NCBI GenBank assembly: GCA_040954595.2
Contig: CM082579.2
Coordinates: 12,959,834-13,023,833, forward strand
DNA length: 64,000 nt
Reading direction: 5' to 3'
Source: Balanoglossus misakiensis
Taxonomy: Eukaryota; Animalia; Hemichordata
Shown: positions 51,192 through 64,000 of the stretch, in pieces
Numbering within the stretch: position 1 is the first letter of the stretch
How the letters are laid out: each line of letters opens with the position of its first letter
The notes under the pieces: generated by a model
Databases searched by the model: none
Told to the model about the DNA's origin: nothing
Seen by the model: only the letters and a program-made list of their open reading frames with translations
Translations under genes and position numbers: made by a program

Positions 51192-51323
51192 CTGGGATAA
51201 TCTGCAGCATGAACAAGCCAAAGAACAATACCACCAGCACTTCGAACGCATGGAGGAGGTGTTAACAACGTTCAGCCATAAAGCTAAAATATTGTAATCT
51301 TGGTGGAAAAATGCTGCTGAAAG
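51192..51323 (+). pseudogene. Putative downstream exon (coiled-coil-like WDNLQHEQAKEQYHQHFERMEEVLTTFSHKAKIL*)
   Basis: Acceptor GTTTCTTTCAG and donor AG|GTATGG. It continues the +1 frame of the previous exon (QQET S|WDNL); TAA at 51295. Confidence 0.5.
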
Positions 51324-51606
51324 GTATGGTGAATCTTGACCCCTGTGTGACCTTTACATCCTGGCATTTTGTTGGCAAGATTTAATCATTTTGAGTTTAA
51401 ACTCTGGATCAGCCAACCTTACACACATCTGTGCATGTAGTTGTAAATCATCCCAAAACAACAATATTGTCTTTTACACAAAAGGGACACATGTTGTGTG
51501 TAATGTTGAATCATGTGCCAACAAAACACAGGTGTTTCTAAAACTTGTAATGAGCAGAACCTACAGTAATGACCAATAATGAACTTGAAATAGATAGAAT
51601 GATTAA

Positions 51607-52181
51607 AGGCACATAAGCTGCAACTTTTGGGATAATTATCATAATTTTTGTTTCAAACTGTACTACCATTAGTCCATGCAGATGAAGGCAGTGAACTATA
51701 GACTTGTAAGCATTATAAACCCTTAATATGAGTGCATATGCAAGTATTATCCAAATAAATAATAAAGCTTTGCCGCAAGCGAATATGGCCACCACTGTGG
51801 GAAAATGCAAGAAACAATGAAAATGTTGCATTTCCGGTTATGAAACTTTATAAACAAAACATGATCTCATCCACTTGAGCTCATGGAAGTAAATGTACAC
51901 CGCTGTGACATTATATTTTTCTTTTTCATTGCAATATTGCACTTTTTAAAAAAATTGCAGGAATTTTCGTTTTTTCTTTAATTTTTGGCCATTTTGTCAT
52001 GAATAAGTGTTGAGCTTGATATATTATCATGAAATATCATTTAATAGACACAATTCAAAGCATATATGATATAATTTAAAACTGTGATTTTTTTATCCAG
52101 TTGCAGCTCATAAAATTGTACTTTTAAGCTATGACCCCATCTTATTGTGGAATTTTTTATCCAGTTGCAGCTTATGTACCT
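51607..52181. mobile_element. Kolobok-like MITE, 575 bp
   Basis: TTAA TSD (51603-06, 52182-85); TIR AGGCACATAAGCTGCAACT / AGTTGCAGCTTATGTACCT. Confidence 0.85.
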
Positions 52182-54310
52182 TTAATATGGAGCAATAACG
52201 ACCAAATATAACCACATACAGTTCCCGCCCATCACCGGACTCATGCCCTTTATGACAAATTGATAGATACAAATTTGAAAGTAATTAGCAAAAACGAACA
52301 GCGATGAGCAATAAAAAGTAAGAGATACATAGTATGAATAAATAACGAGCCACTAATATGACCTGTCAAGAAATTACCCCACTATCACATGAAGAGATCT
52401 CTTTATGTGATAGTAGGGTATATGGCAAGGACTGAACATAGCGTAAGCGCTCGTATGACAGAAACCTGGAGATCGTCTAAGCTACTGATTTTTCGATTTT
52501 AGCTACTTTACAGTACGAAATACTAACAAAACATTTTTTCTGACGCCTGTGATTTCCAATGATGAATATAAGCAGCATATAAGTCGCGTTACATGAGTTA
52601 GTTTGACATACAATCTGAGTTGCTCGGTGTCTGTTCGGATTTTTGAGCAACGAGTTGCCCCACATTATCTGTTTGCTTTTAATAAACTTTGACATCTCCG
52701 CTGCACATTATTAAGTTGTTATTTTCTGAACTAGCTGTAGACTCCGGAAAATATTGGCGAAATTGTTTTTGACCAAAAATTGTCTGTACAAACACATATG
52801 ATGACCAACTTCTTTCAGTCAGCCCTGTAACAGACAGGCAGACACACAGACAGACAGAGACGCTCACTGACCTGCCATTCACTCTTAAAAATTTAATAGC
52901 TGGTGGTCTCTGTAACAGGTGGCCTATTAAAGTTATGTAAACATGTCTTAGTTTGGGGTAACAACTCCTTGTAAATAGTAACTTTAAAAACAACTGGACG
53001 ATTGGGTTTGGAGAAGTTTTGATATAAACCAAAAAGAAATTTACAAAAAGCAATCCAACAATCAGTTTCACAGAAAACAATATTTGAATGTTCAAAAGTG
53101 GCAAAAAAACACAAACGTGCGAATATCTCCATAATTGTACAATATCTTCAATCACCTCAAGGAGCATGTCTGCCATAGTTTACAGCAATGTGACAAGCGG
53201 TTTCAGAGAAAACAATTTTTGCAAAAATTTTACCAATCGCGCAATTATGCAAATTTCACAAATTGTTTTACAGCATGTTTTTGGAGTTACCTCTAGGAAC
53301 ATGCCTAATAAATTTCAAACTTCAAAGTACTCTGACATGCAGTTTTGCAACTATTTAAACAAAACAAAATATGGTAACTCAGACAACCTGTAAGAAGCTT
53401 CATGCTAAATTTCAGCCTATCACTTCAGAAATGAAGATTTTTTATTGATAATGTGGAAAAAGACAAATAAATGCTAAGACTTAAGGCTAGGAAGAAAAAA
53501 TAAATTGTTCATGGAATTGCTGCTTCTACTTTGGCTGTTGTGGAATTTTTATTTGTTTGGATCGTGGCAAATTCTTACTTCTGCATTACAAATATTCTTA
53601 GTACTGCCATTGGTGGCGCCCTACACTTTCACAGGTTTTTCGCGAGCACAGGATTTTGAATTAGACTTCCGACATGTTTGGAGTGAGTTGTCCGCAAACA
53701 CATTGTTCTGATGTCTGAATTTGGGCGAATGACAACGCAAAGTGGGTAGCTTTGGGCACAAATTTCCTTGTTCTGTAAAGGTTGGTACATGTCACATCAT
53801 GAGTATTAATTTGATCTCTAACATTCGATGTGACGGCGAACAGATTTGTTCGAAAGACGCTATTCAGTGTTTGTCCTGATGTTTCGTTTTGCAATTTGTT
53901 TAACAAGATCTTCACAGCAGATTGATGGTGCATCTGGTTGAATGAAAATTGCATCGAAAGTGTATAAAAATTATGACAGCGACAAAACACATGGTTGCGT
54001 TGATGTTTAAATACGATCTTAGGAGTCAGTCTACAGCGAGTTCAACATGAATTTTGCAGTGTTCAATGTGCCTAATAAGACAATCAATTTGCACACACAG
54101 CCATTCCATCTACTTCCGCCTGTACAGCACCATCTGATATTGGCAGCCACATTCAGAATGCGTTTTTGATCATGATGTCCACTGCTACTGATGTTGGTCT
54201 GCCTGACAAAATAAAAGTTTCCCAAAAGCTATTACAATGATATTATTCAGCTGTTTGACGTACTTGGTGCAGACTGGAACAAATTAGACATGGCTACCGT
54301 GACCAGAATA

Positions 54311-54672
54311 ATAGAATCTCACACACCCAAGGACCTGGGATCATATTTCTCACAAGAGTTGGGGTTTTCTGTCCGACGAGTGTGAGAAATATGATCCCAG
54401 GTCCTTGGTGTATGAGATTATATTTCTCAAACGGTCACAATTTAGCCAAATTCGTTAAAAAATTGAATAAACGACTCTGGAGCTGTAGTCTAGGCATGTT
54501 GTAGTCTCTGTCCCTATAATACACATCGCGCCATTGGATAAGATTTAGAGCGCATTTGCAAAAGAACGCTTTGTCAACCAATCAGCGCTAGCGTCAGATT
54601 CAGCTTTCGATTCAGTGAAAGTGTGGGATCAATTTGTTCTCACACTCCCAGCGTGCCAGGAGTGTGAGAACA
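54311..54672 (+). mobile_element. Double-hairpin non-autonomous element (Crypton-like?), copy 2
   Basis: Colinear with 50569-50983; the tip of the large hairpin is deleted; junctions AGAATA/AGAACA. Confidence 0.75.
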
Positions 54673-55884
54673 GTGTGCGTAGTGAGAGATAGTCTGTACA
54701 GTGTTGTTAGACCATCGTGTAGAATGTGTAGAGACAGTAAAGAGGCCAAGACATGGGGCCAAAGTAAAATGAAAAAAAAAACTCAGATGCCAGATCCCAC
54801 CAGGACAATATTAAAGAATAATACTTAATTGTTGGATTTCAGTGATTTGCTGTGCATTTTATTTTATTCTGAGAGCATGTGGAAATACTCAGAATATGTT
54901 GTGCAAACACCAACTGTATATATAATGGCCTGTTTTTTTGGTGGGGAAATACAGTATTGAATTCAGTTACAAATACTGTACATGTATCAGAGATATTTCT
55001 GGTAAAAAGCAAAACAATTATCTCGCATTGTCTGCATCTGTGCAAATATGCCAGAGAACTGGTTGTACCTTCGGCCTAAAGACATTTTTCAAAAATTCTT
55101 CGCTCACCGCTCCTGGAACTAGGTCAAAACAATCCAATGAACAAGATTTTTCTCTCTGGCCTAACATCAATATAACTGTTTGCTGCTCCATTTTATGTAG
55201 ATGGGAATTCATATGGGGTTTGTAAAGTTTCTTCAAACATTCAGAGTATGCCAGTTCACATAGATGAAAACATCTAAGTCAACGCACAACATTTAAAGTT
55301 GTGCAAAAACTAACCAACACTCGAGCACAAATTCCCAGAACATCAAACTTGCGTGAACGATGTCATGGACTGTGACAAGTTTTTCTGGTGATGATATGAA
55401 ATTAAACTACTGTTTAGTTCCGTGAAAATGGTCATGATAATTGACACTTATTGCATAACTTCAGATGACTATATGAAATTGGAAAAGATGGTCATTTCCA
55501 CAGAATCCGTGATTACTCATTCTGTCTATTTCTTGGATGTTATTGGTCATTACTGCAAATTTCCGCTCATTACTGCTCATTACAAGTTTAACAAGCACCC
55601 AACAAAACACCCAGAAGTAATTTAGAATGGCACCAAATAACAAGTCCATAAAAACTGAGCATGAATCATTGTCGATGTAAACTGCATATAGTACTACTTG
55701 ATGGATTTTTTGCATTACCTGGCATGTGTACTGCAAAGACAATGCCTGGAGTTATAGAGGGTGTTTGATCACAGAAGCTGTCTTTTGTGTCACATGCAGT
55801 CAAATTACTCCTCATTGTCACCTCGACCCTCTGCTCATCATTTATATTTTCCTGTACGGCATCTGTTTGCTTTTTTCAGATACG

Positions 55885-56110
55885 AGAAACTAGATGCTGG
55901 TTTGCAGGATGGAGAACATTGATCCGTATGCCACCTGGCAGATTGAAGTCCGACTACCAATAGTACCATGCAGAGACTAGATGCTGGTTTGCAGGATGGA
56001 GAACTCTGATCTGTGTGCCAACTGGCAGATTGAAGTCCGACTACCAATAGTACCATGCAGAAACCCGATGCTGAGTTGAAGGATGGCGGAGATTGATCTG
56101 TATGCCACCA
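55885..56110 (+). repeat. 87-bp tandem repeat (~2.6 copies) just after a splice-acceptor-like site at 55879
   Basis: Units start at 55885, 55972 and 56059; preceded by TTTGCTTTTTTCAG. Confidence 0.85.
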
Positions 56111-59100
56111 TAGCAGAGGTATGCTGCAAGATGATTTGGACCAGAAGTCCAACTACCATGCAGTCTCAATGATGACTCATCTGTCAACAGAGGTCCGTAG
56201 ACGCATGGACTCCCAGCTTGCAGTGCTTACGGTAGTTTTGGGGGCATCCCTGCCATGCATTTTTATATATTTGTGTAAATTTAGTTAATTTTGGTGTACA
56301 CATCTGTATTTGAACGGTTTATTTATACAGGTATATTAAGTTATTTTGTTAGTTGTTACTTGTAGTTATAGTTAGTTATAGGGTATTTATGTTTGTTTGT
56401 TTGTTTGTTTGTGTGGTGTAAGTGTGTGTGTCATTCAAAGTGTAGGGTACCTGTTTATTATACCACGGTCACACTGGTAAAAATTTGAAACGTTTCGGAG
56501 ATACTATTTGCCTTTTGTAAACACAGATAATTAATCCTTTGAGTCGCTTGTGTCCACACACACAAAGTTTATGTATAGGCGCTGAGGCTCGGCCCCATAG
56601 ACAATGGGTTGCAGAGAGGTGTTAATTCTTACATCAGGTCTGGTGCCAAAACCATCTCAAAATTGATAACCAGTGATTCAAATTGCCCATTTGACATCAA
56701 ACCTTCAATATTCAGAAAAGATGTCAATTTTCTATGAGTTACAATTATTGTTTTCATAATGTGCAGAAAAGTTTACATTGGATCACTTAGTCATTCCGCC
56801 ATTCATTTTCTTTGATTTTGAATATATCTAGTTTTGTTTACACTTCCCTGACTGTGTGCTTTACGATAAAATAGTACACTTGACGTCAGGGGTACCATGT
56901 GCAAATGTCCACTACCGAGCTTGGAGTAGGAATTCTTGAGCATTCAGAAAAAAAAATTTTTGCATTCAGAATTTTTTTTTCTCTGTCATTCAATTTTGAT
57001 TTTGAATCTATCTAATTTGTTTACACAAGGTTCCATGACTGTGTGTTTTACGATACACGTTTTCATTGATTTGTTTCACAGTATAATCTAATGTGGCTGT
57101 TGGTCCACGTTGGATGGTACTGTGACGTGTTGTTTGCAGTGAGGTTTGATACAGCTCCCAGCAGACGCCACTTGGTGTGAATTTCTTCACGTCATCGCCA
57201 ATTTGTCACTTTTGTGGGTTATTTGTTTGGTGTTATGATTTTGCCCCTTTAACTGTCGATCCAGTAGAGACAGTGTCATTAACAATGGATTGCCATGCAT
57301 AACTTGATGAGGAGAGTCCATGGAAAGTCAGTTTTATTCAAGAACTAGATTAGTTGGAGCCTTGGAAGACTACATCATAGAATTTGTAATGATAACCATT
57401 GACCCTTTGATACAAGGTGTCTGTAAAGAATTTGGAATCGCTTTGAGATAGAAATTCAGAAAATGTGGACCATGACATTGAGAGTTCGTCCCTACATTGA
57501 TTGGAAGTCTTCTTTCACGTTAAAAAAACATGTGCTAATTATGGAACATACGTAAGAGAGTATGTTGAACAACATCTTTGGAGAACATATAAACAGAGTA
57601 TACTGCTTTGTATTGCCTTGTTAGCCTTTGTGTAAATTACAGGCTCTTGCTTCTAATACTTGTGTCAAACATTTTGCTACACCCATAGTGGGTGTATGGT
57701 TTGGGTGCTACTTCTACTTTCATACTCCTATAGCCCATGTGTGTCCTGACTTCAATATTGCAGAATCTTGTATTAGAAATGCAGCTTTATCAGGCATGGA
57801 GCCACCGGCCCAGCTGTAGTATTTGCAATCTTGTCCGCCTAGCATTGGTTCGATCGTATTTACATATTATAACTGCTGTCTTGAAATCTAGCAGTACCAC
57901 TTGAGGGAGGTTAGTAGCATTGTGCTGAGAACACTTGTTCAGTAACTCTTGGAGTCTATATAGTGAATTATTTTGCTCCTATAGTGGAATATTTCAGCAG
58001 ATTTCCCACTCCAACATTCAAAAAGGGTATTTATCCCATCACTGATTTTACCGAATATGGAAGTGAATGGCTGACGATCTGTAACAGACATGCTCTATCA
58101 CACTGCTGACTTCTGCACCGGGGCTTCTGGGATACAGCTATGTCACATATATACCCCTATTCATCGGAGGCAAGTGTCTAGCATGCCATTTGGGGATGCA
58201 GCAATCATGGATCACCACAGGGTCCCACCCTGGAGGACAGTTCAACTTGGCATTCAGCTCACAAGGCAGAAATGTGTACTTATAGCAAATGGGTTTCCCA
58301 TTGGCTGCCAATATGCCATGTCACTTTAATTTTTAGCAGTTGTCAGAATTCCTTCTTCCTTGCCGCCAATGGCATACTATTCTTTCCACATTACGAAACT
58401 ATCATTTTATAGGTTACCGGTATACATGTACATGTGCGTGTACATATGATATTATCGAGGTGCAGGCAACACCTGTGGGGTATACGTCCACCTGTGATCA
58501 CTAAGATACATCTTTCAGCTAGTATACAGCCTCTGATCATAGTGATCATCTTCCTTGTGTCTTTACTAATGAAACACACCATTTACCGGTGTTGTCATTG
58601 ATATCTCTGATATTGTCAGATCTGTCAAGTTGTGGGCAGCTTCATCTTTCTGAGACCTCTGGTCATCTGAACTTGATGACAACTTTTTGACCTAAATCCG
58701 TAAGTTTCAATGGGATCTTATGGATATTGCTCAGGCCAAATCACTCAAGTGTAAAACAATTTCCATCAAAGACGTTACACATTGGGGACATGCCTCAAAA
58801 TACAGTGAAATGTATGGTGACAATCACCTGACAACCTTTGTGCTTCACTACAAGTCTTGATTTGCATCAGACCATTTTTTCTGCATGCCTGGCAGTCCAG
58901 TGTCGTGGGAATTAACCCCTGCACATAAAACTGAGCTTCATGCAGTTCTGTCTTTTACTATATCACCAGAAAGCACATAGCCTTATCCATTCAAGTAGTG
59001 TTAGTAGACAAGAACAGCCAATACCACATCAACCGACCAGGCACGAGCTCTGTTTAATTATTCTCTCAAATCCTTTTATTACTCATGTACTCACTGGATC

Positions 59101-59699
59101 CTGTTCCCTCAGCCAATCCATTCGCAGTTTGCAATCTACATATGTATTAGTTTTCTTTTCTCTTTACTATTGTCTATGGTTCTTGGTCTGTGTTGAGATG
59201 GTTTTAACAGCTGTGACTTATCTCTATTGGCGGAGGCCTGTCTGGCTGATTGGCATTTTCATGATACACACAATTTGAAATAATGTCAAGGGAGCCAAGA
59301 AAAATACTTTGCCAGGAGGATGGGTCAGGTCAGAACACTCTATTCCTCAAAACTACTTTGAGCTAGACCTTCAACTCATGCTTTCAACCCTATGCTATCT
59401 TATAGCAGGCTCCCAGATCCACTTGTTTCTCACCATGTGATGAATATTTGTCCAGCCATGAATCATTGCTCCTCAGGAATTATGAATAGTCAGGCCATTA
59501 TAGCAAGAGTGCAATGGAGAGTGCATTGTACTTCACCAAGGCATATACTGGAGATCATGCCAGCTCAGGTGGATGGTATATATACCTCACCAGGAGACCA
59601 ATTTGCTTTATGCAGTTTGTTAGGCTCAGATCTTTGTTCTTCTTAATCACAAAGCCCTCCTACTTTGGGACTACTGGACGCAGAGTATTACTAAGTATG

Positions 59700-60386
59700 A
59701 CACTGATGTCCACATCTACATGCAGTGTTTGTGTGGTGAGTACCTTAATGTGTACAGTACAGCAGTGGATCTTGGAGCACCTATGAGGAACATAAGCTCA
59801 ATACCCTTTCACATGTGCTGCCTGTGACGTATCCTGGATGTGAAATATCAAGACAAAGTTACTAACACCACTGTCCTGAAGAGAGTTGGAATTTCTAGCA
59901 TGTACCTGGTACAGTCTGCTGAAGCAGAGACACAATACACTGGCTTGGCAATGTGCTCATAGATGATGGGTGGATCCTAAAAGACCTCCTGTACGGCGCA
60001 AACTGACACTTAATGGCAAACAGACCTGACATTACACCACAGGGATGTTTGCAAAAGAGACACAAAGTCCCTAGACATCAACACAAACTCTTGGGAGTCT
60101 AAAAATTAGCCTCAGACCGAATGACCTGAAGACAAGTCTTGAAGTGGTTGGCAACGGCTCTCCAACTTTGAAGAGACACTCGCCAAAATGTGCGGAGTCA
60201 AGAGACAGAGAAGGAAGGCATCAAGCCAGGCAAACAGCTCCTCCTAAGCCTTCACCTGTTTAAAGTATCAGAGAGACAGTCATTCTCACATTGGATTGAC
60301 TAGTCACACCTGATGCTGTTCCAGATCTAGACCAGCATCCCAGCATGAAGATCCAATTGATCTCTCAAGACTGAAGGATGCCAACT
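59700..60386 (+). mobile_element. Old, decayed RTE-clade LINE 3' end
   Basis: Broken-frame remnants FHMCCL*RIL..YQDKVTNTTVLKRVGISSM, ILKDLLYG, DVCKRD and HSHIGL.SH; RTE-like 3' end TCTCTCAAGACTGAAGGATGCC. Confidence 0.75.
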
Positions 60387-60732
60387 GAACGCACCTCATC
60401 CGTACTGCCTCCACATTGTAGTACTGTTTCATCTAGTGGAACACACACTGAAGGGAATGTATTGAGCACTTCACCAGCTATCCCATACATCTTCATTATA
60501 AGGATGATTTCTTTACTTCTGTCTCACTTTAGAGAGGGGAAATTTACACAAAGGCTATTATTACGGACAACTGAAGTATACTGTTTTAGGATAAAACTCT
60601 TCCATGAATGTGAGTGATGGTTTTCAAAAGTCACACAACCTATGAGTCAAGGCGTTATAACCCACCTCATCTGACTTTGAAACAGACACAAAAGAAATGT
60701 TTACAACAACATCAAGAATAATGTACATGTAT

Positions 60733-62248
60733 CAGACCCACCAATAAGTATTTACGCACCCACGTTCTGCAGTGAAAACATTTCAGAAACATGAAATAAC
60801 ACACCTTGCAGACAGTTTTTAGCAAAAATTCAAATATATTTCATAAATTCACGAGAAATAACAGTCATACAACAAAAATCTTTCATCTGCGATTAAATTT
60901 GAGCGAAAAATATCGACGTAAAAATAGATGTGCGACGGAGTCAGCGAAACATTCCATTCTCTATTGGAACAACAATGCAAAGAACATCATGAATATTCAT
61001 GAGGTGAAATCGAACAAACCAAATGTCAATAATGGATATGTCCACCCCTTCGCCTAATGACCTCTCGCTGGTGCTTCAACATAGTATCGACGAGTTTCCG
61101 ACACATATTTTGCAGGAATTGTTCCCAAGATGTTACTATGCGGTTAAATAGGTCGTTGATTCTGTGTATTGGACGGGAATGAACGTCCAAGTCGATTAAC
61201 TCCCACAGGTTCGCGATGGGGCTCAAATCAGGAGACTAGGCTGGTCACTCCAACAATGTAAAATTGTCGAACGGATAGCCGTAATCCTGGGGATTTTGCA
61301 GAAATGATTTCACATCCAAGGCAGTATGTTCGGGGGCATTATCCTGTTGGAACACAAAATCACAAACAACCTGGGACCACTGAACAGGTGTCCAGTTGAC
61401 GTAACGCGGGGCAAAACGTAGTCACGCTGCATTGTGCCGGGGTTGTAATTTCGGCTTTTTCTTGGCCACACATCCACGGAGTCTGACTCTTCTATACAAT
61501 CTGGATTTGATTGTGCTCATACTCAAAATTTCCCGGTGTCCTCATAAAATTTAGCGCGGAGGTCACGGGCCGTCTTGAATCTGTCCGTCAGACTTGATCT
61601 ATCAACATTCGTTCTTCCCGTTCCGTTGTTCGTCTTTGCCGTCCAGATCGATGTAAATTGTCTGTGCTACCATTTCGAACAAGTTTCCGAATGTTGTACC
61701 TGACGCTGCCTTCGGTGATTCCAAACTTCCTTGCAATTTCTCAGTTTCTCAAACCTTGCCTATGCAGTGCCTCAATTTGACCTTTCACAAATTCAGGAAG
61801 TTCGCAAACTTTAAGCATGATTTCACTTATTCAATGTTTACAAACAAAAAATATGCAACAACCTCCGACGACCTCGATCAGAATATTCATAAGCAAATCT
61901 GGCAGATTTTCCCGCTCCAAAATTTAATCAGAATTATATTTAAAAGGTCTGATTGGTGGAGATTAAAATATGAATAGAGGGAAATTAGCCACGGACACAA
62001 TGGCGCGAAAAGTTAATGAAAATGAGTATACCGCCATTGCAATAATCATAGGAAAGTTCACTGACCGAAAAACACGCCGCGTATGCAGTCATATTCGGCG
62101 CGGCAACACATCTGTGTTGACTAAAATGGGTTAAACCTTCCGTAGGTTATTTATTTTCGGAAATAAGTTACAGTCGATCGATTTTGTGAATAATTTTTTA
62201 TAGCAAACGTTCATGGTCAAGGTGCGTAAATACTTATTGGCGGGTCTG
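60733..62248 (-). mobile_element. Decayed Tc1-like transposon, 1516 bp
   Basis: 28-bp TIR CAGACCC(A/G)CCAATAAGTATTTACGCACC; TA on the right, left flank TAT; transposase remnants on the minus strand. Confidence 0.92.
61026..61770 (-). pseudogene. Tc1-family transposase pseudogene with an internal deletion
   Basis: EIARKFGI...RSGRQR.TT, AKKKPKL, WTPVQWSQVV joined directly to FVFQQDNAPEH...E*PA*SPDLSPIANLW...GGHIHY*. Has stops and frameshifts; the first catalytic D region is missing. Confidence 0.88.
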
Positions 62249-64000
62249 TATATATAAAGCCTCTCTAAAGCCAGTGAATGAGACCTGGTATACTTGACAA
62301 ATGAAAAATAACAGCATCTGGCAGTCATGCACACATGTTCACTTTTGTCATATAATGTAAAGCCAAACATAATTTCGCAAACAAATTTGCACTAGAGATT
62401 GTAGCATCCTGCAATGTGTTGCAAGTAAATTCGCTGAAAATATAAAGTAATAGCTAGACACTCATAAAATGAAATCATACGCTTTGTATGGAATGTTACG
62501 TTTGTCACAGACTACATGCATTGTCATGGTGACTGAAATTCAACAGCCCATGCATCCATTTTTGCTGTTTATTAAAAAAATGTTTTGCATTTATCAGAGG
62601 TTGCGTTTACGCAAAAATTATGAATTTTTGACGCCAAAAATTCTCATTTGACGTGAAAATCTTAATAAGTGCATCAATATTGACACATAGGAATGGCCTC
62701 TCTATTTGCACAATGGTCAACATAAACCATACGCATACAGCTCACTACCCCTGGGATCAAAATAATCACTTGCGTGTCCGACCTTTTGTACTCAAAATGT
62801 AGCTAATTTTGTTTGATGAATTTTGAATTAGACATGTGTACGACGCAGGCTAAGTAAAAGGAGTTTGACACATTTTTTTATGAATGCATCAAAAATACGC
62901 ACTAAAAAAATGTTATCGCGACCTCTGTTTATTATCAAATACATTCAAATCTACATATTAGTGGTGTTACATATCTTCAACCTCGATTAAAAATATTTGT
63001 AAAAGTACAAAGGCAAATATGGAGCATAATGATAATCACCAAAATTCAGCTAGACAGATAAAAATACAAATTGTTATTTCATCAGGTAAAATTCCTCAAA
63101 TTTACAAGCAAATTGGTATATTATCAGTGTTTCAGCCAGCTTTTGAAAGCTCACGGTACTAGAAATATCTCATGATTCATTCTGATTTGTACCAACAGAT
63201 AATCCTCAGTCAAATCAGACATAGTGCACATGTGAACAGAGAATTGTAGATCACTAATACCAAGTTCGAGATCGTACTTTTAAGGCAAATCTTACTGTGA
63301 ATAACCATTTCAAATTATTTTTTAAATTATGCATTATTGAGAGAGGAGCTACTAATTTTATAAAATAATCAAGCAATTGCATAGCCAGCTATACAAAGAA
63401 GTTTGAAGTAAAACAGGGACACTTGAAATACCCGTTTAATCAAACAAAAATTGATTTTTCTATTGACAGAACAAATGAAATTTACATGTTAACTTTCAAC
63501 AGAGACTGGCCACCTCAGTTAGTCCTTTGCGTGTTTCCTCCAAAGTGTGACATTTGCAGTTCATGAATACTTTGATTCCTATGGCTTTTAAATTTTGATT
63601 TTGAAATTTACACTCTAATTGCTCAACATACTTTTCCTAGATAAAAACAAATAAATTTATATGTACTTCATATCATTGTTAGCATGTAAAGCAGAAAAAG
63701 TTATTAAATGGGCAACGTTCAATGATACAAATCATGGAGAATTGTGGGTAAAATATTGTACTGTGAAGCATGGGGATATTGTGACCTGCAGCAGGTTAGA
63801 AAGGGGGACAAATCATGTTGTCGGGGGACAATATATCAGGACAGGGTTCTCCCTGGGAATAATCATAGAGTCGGGGCTAATTTCCATAAAATTTACATAA
63901 TCATAGGACATCACTAAGGCCCCTCAACATCGATAGAAAATATTTAATGTTATAGCTTTATCAAGTGAATTTTGTGACGTCATTGCTGTAAATTATTACT

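Noticed and set aside
55838-56152. Minus-strand 104-aa repeat ORF
   Set aside because: Open mainly because an 87-bp stop-free unit is repeated; non-ATG start, and the splice signals favour the plus strand.
57250-59690. Further LINE/SINE relics
   Set aside because: CpG-depleted and repeat-like, but too decayed to assign boundaries or family by eye.

Overview
Repeat-dense eukaryotic DNA, probably from a marine invertebrate (inferred from the TE repertoire and low GC; not confirmed). I found no prokaryotic genes, CRISPR array, rRNA or tRNA. Contents in order: an 8.9-kb satellite of a 130-bp, hairpin-rich monomer with 24-25-mer higher-order repeats, bounded by DNA-transposon insertions at TA; a 3.4-kb TIR element with a 4-bp TSD (Academ-like), carrying a decayed ORF with a ubiquitin-like domain ending in GG and a C-terminal Cys-rich finger; a ~1.3-kb tandem array with Helitron-like hairpin/CTAG motifs; a foldback-like 170-bp repeat block with a long near-palindrome; many MITEs (pogo, P, Ginger, CACTA, Kolobok, hAT, Crypton-like); a three-level TE nest; LINE remnants (L2, RTEX, RTE); a spliced + strand locus giving a 77-aa single-TM protein or a frameshifted pseudogene; and a decayed Tc1 element with an atypical D-42-E catalytic spacing. 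Most of the supplied ORFs are spurious. All family calls come from reading motifs by eye, not from database searches.
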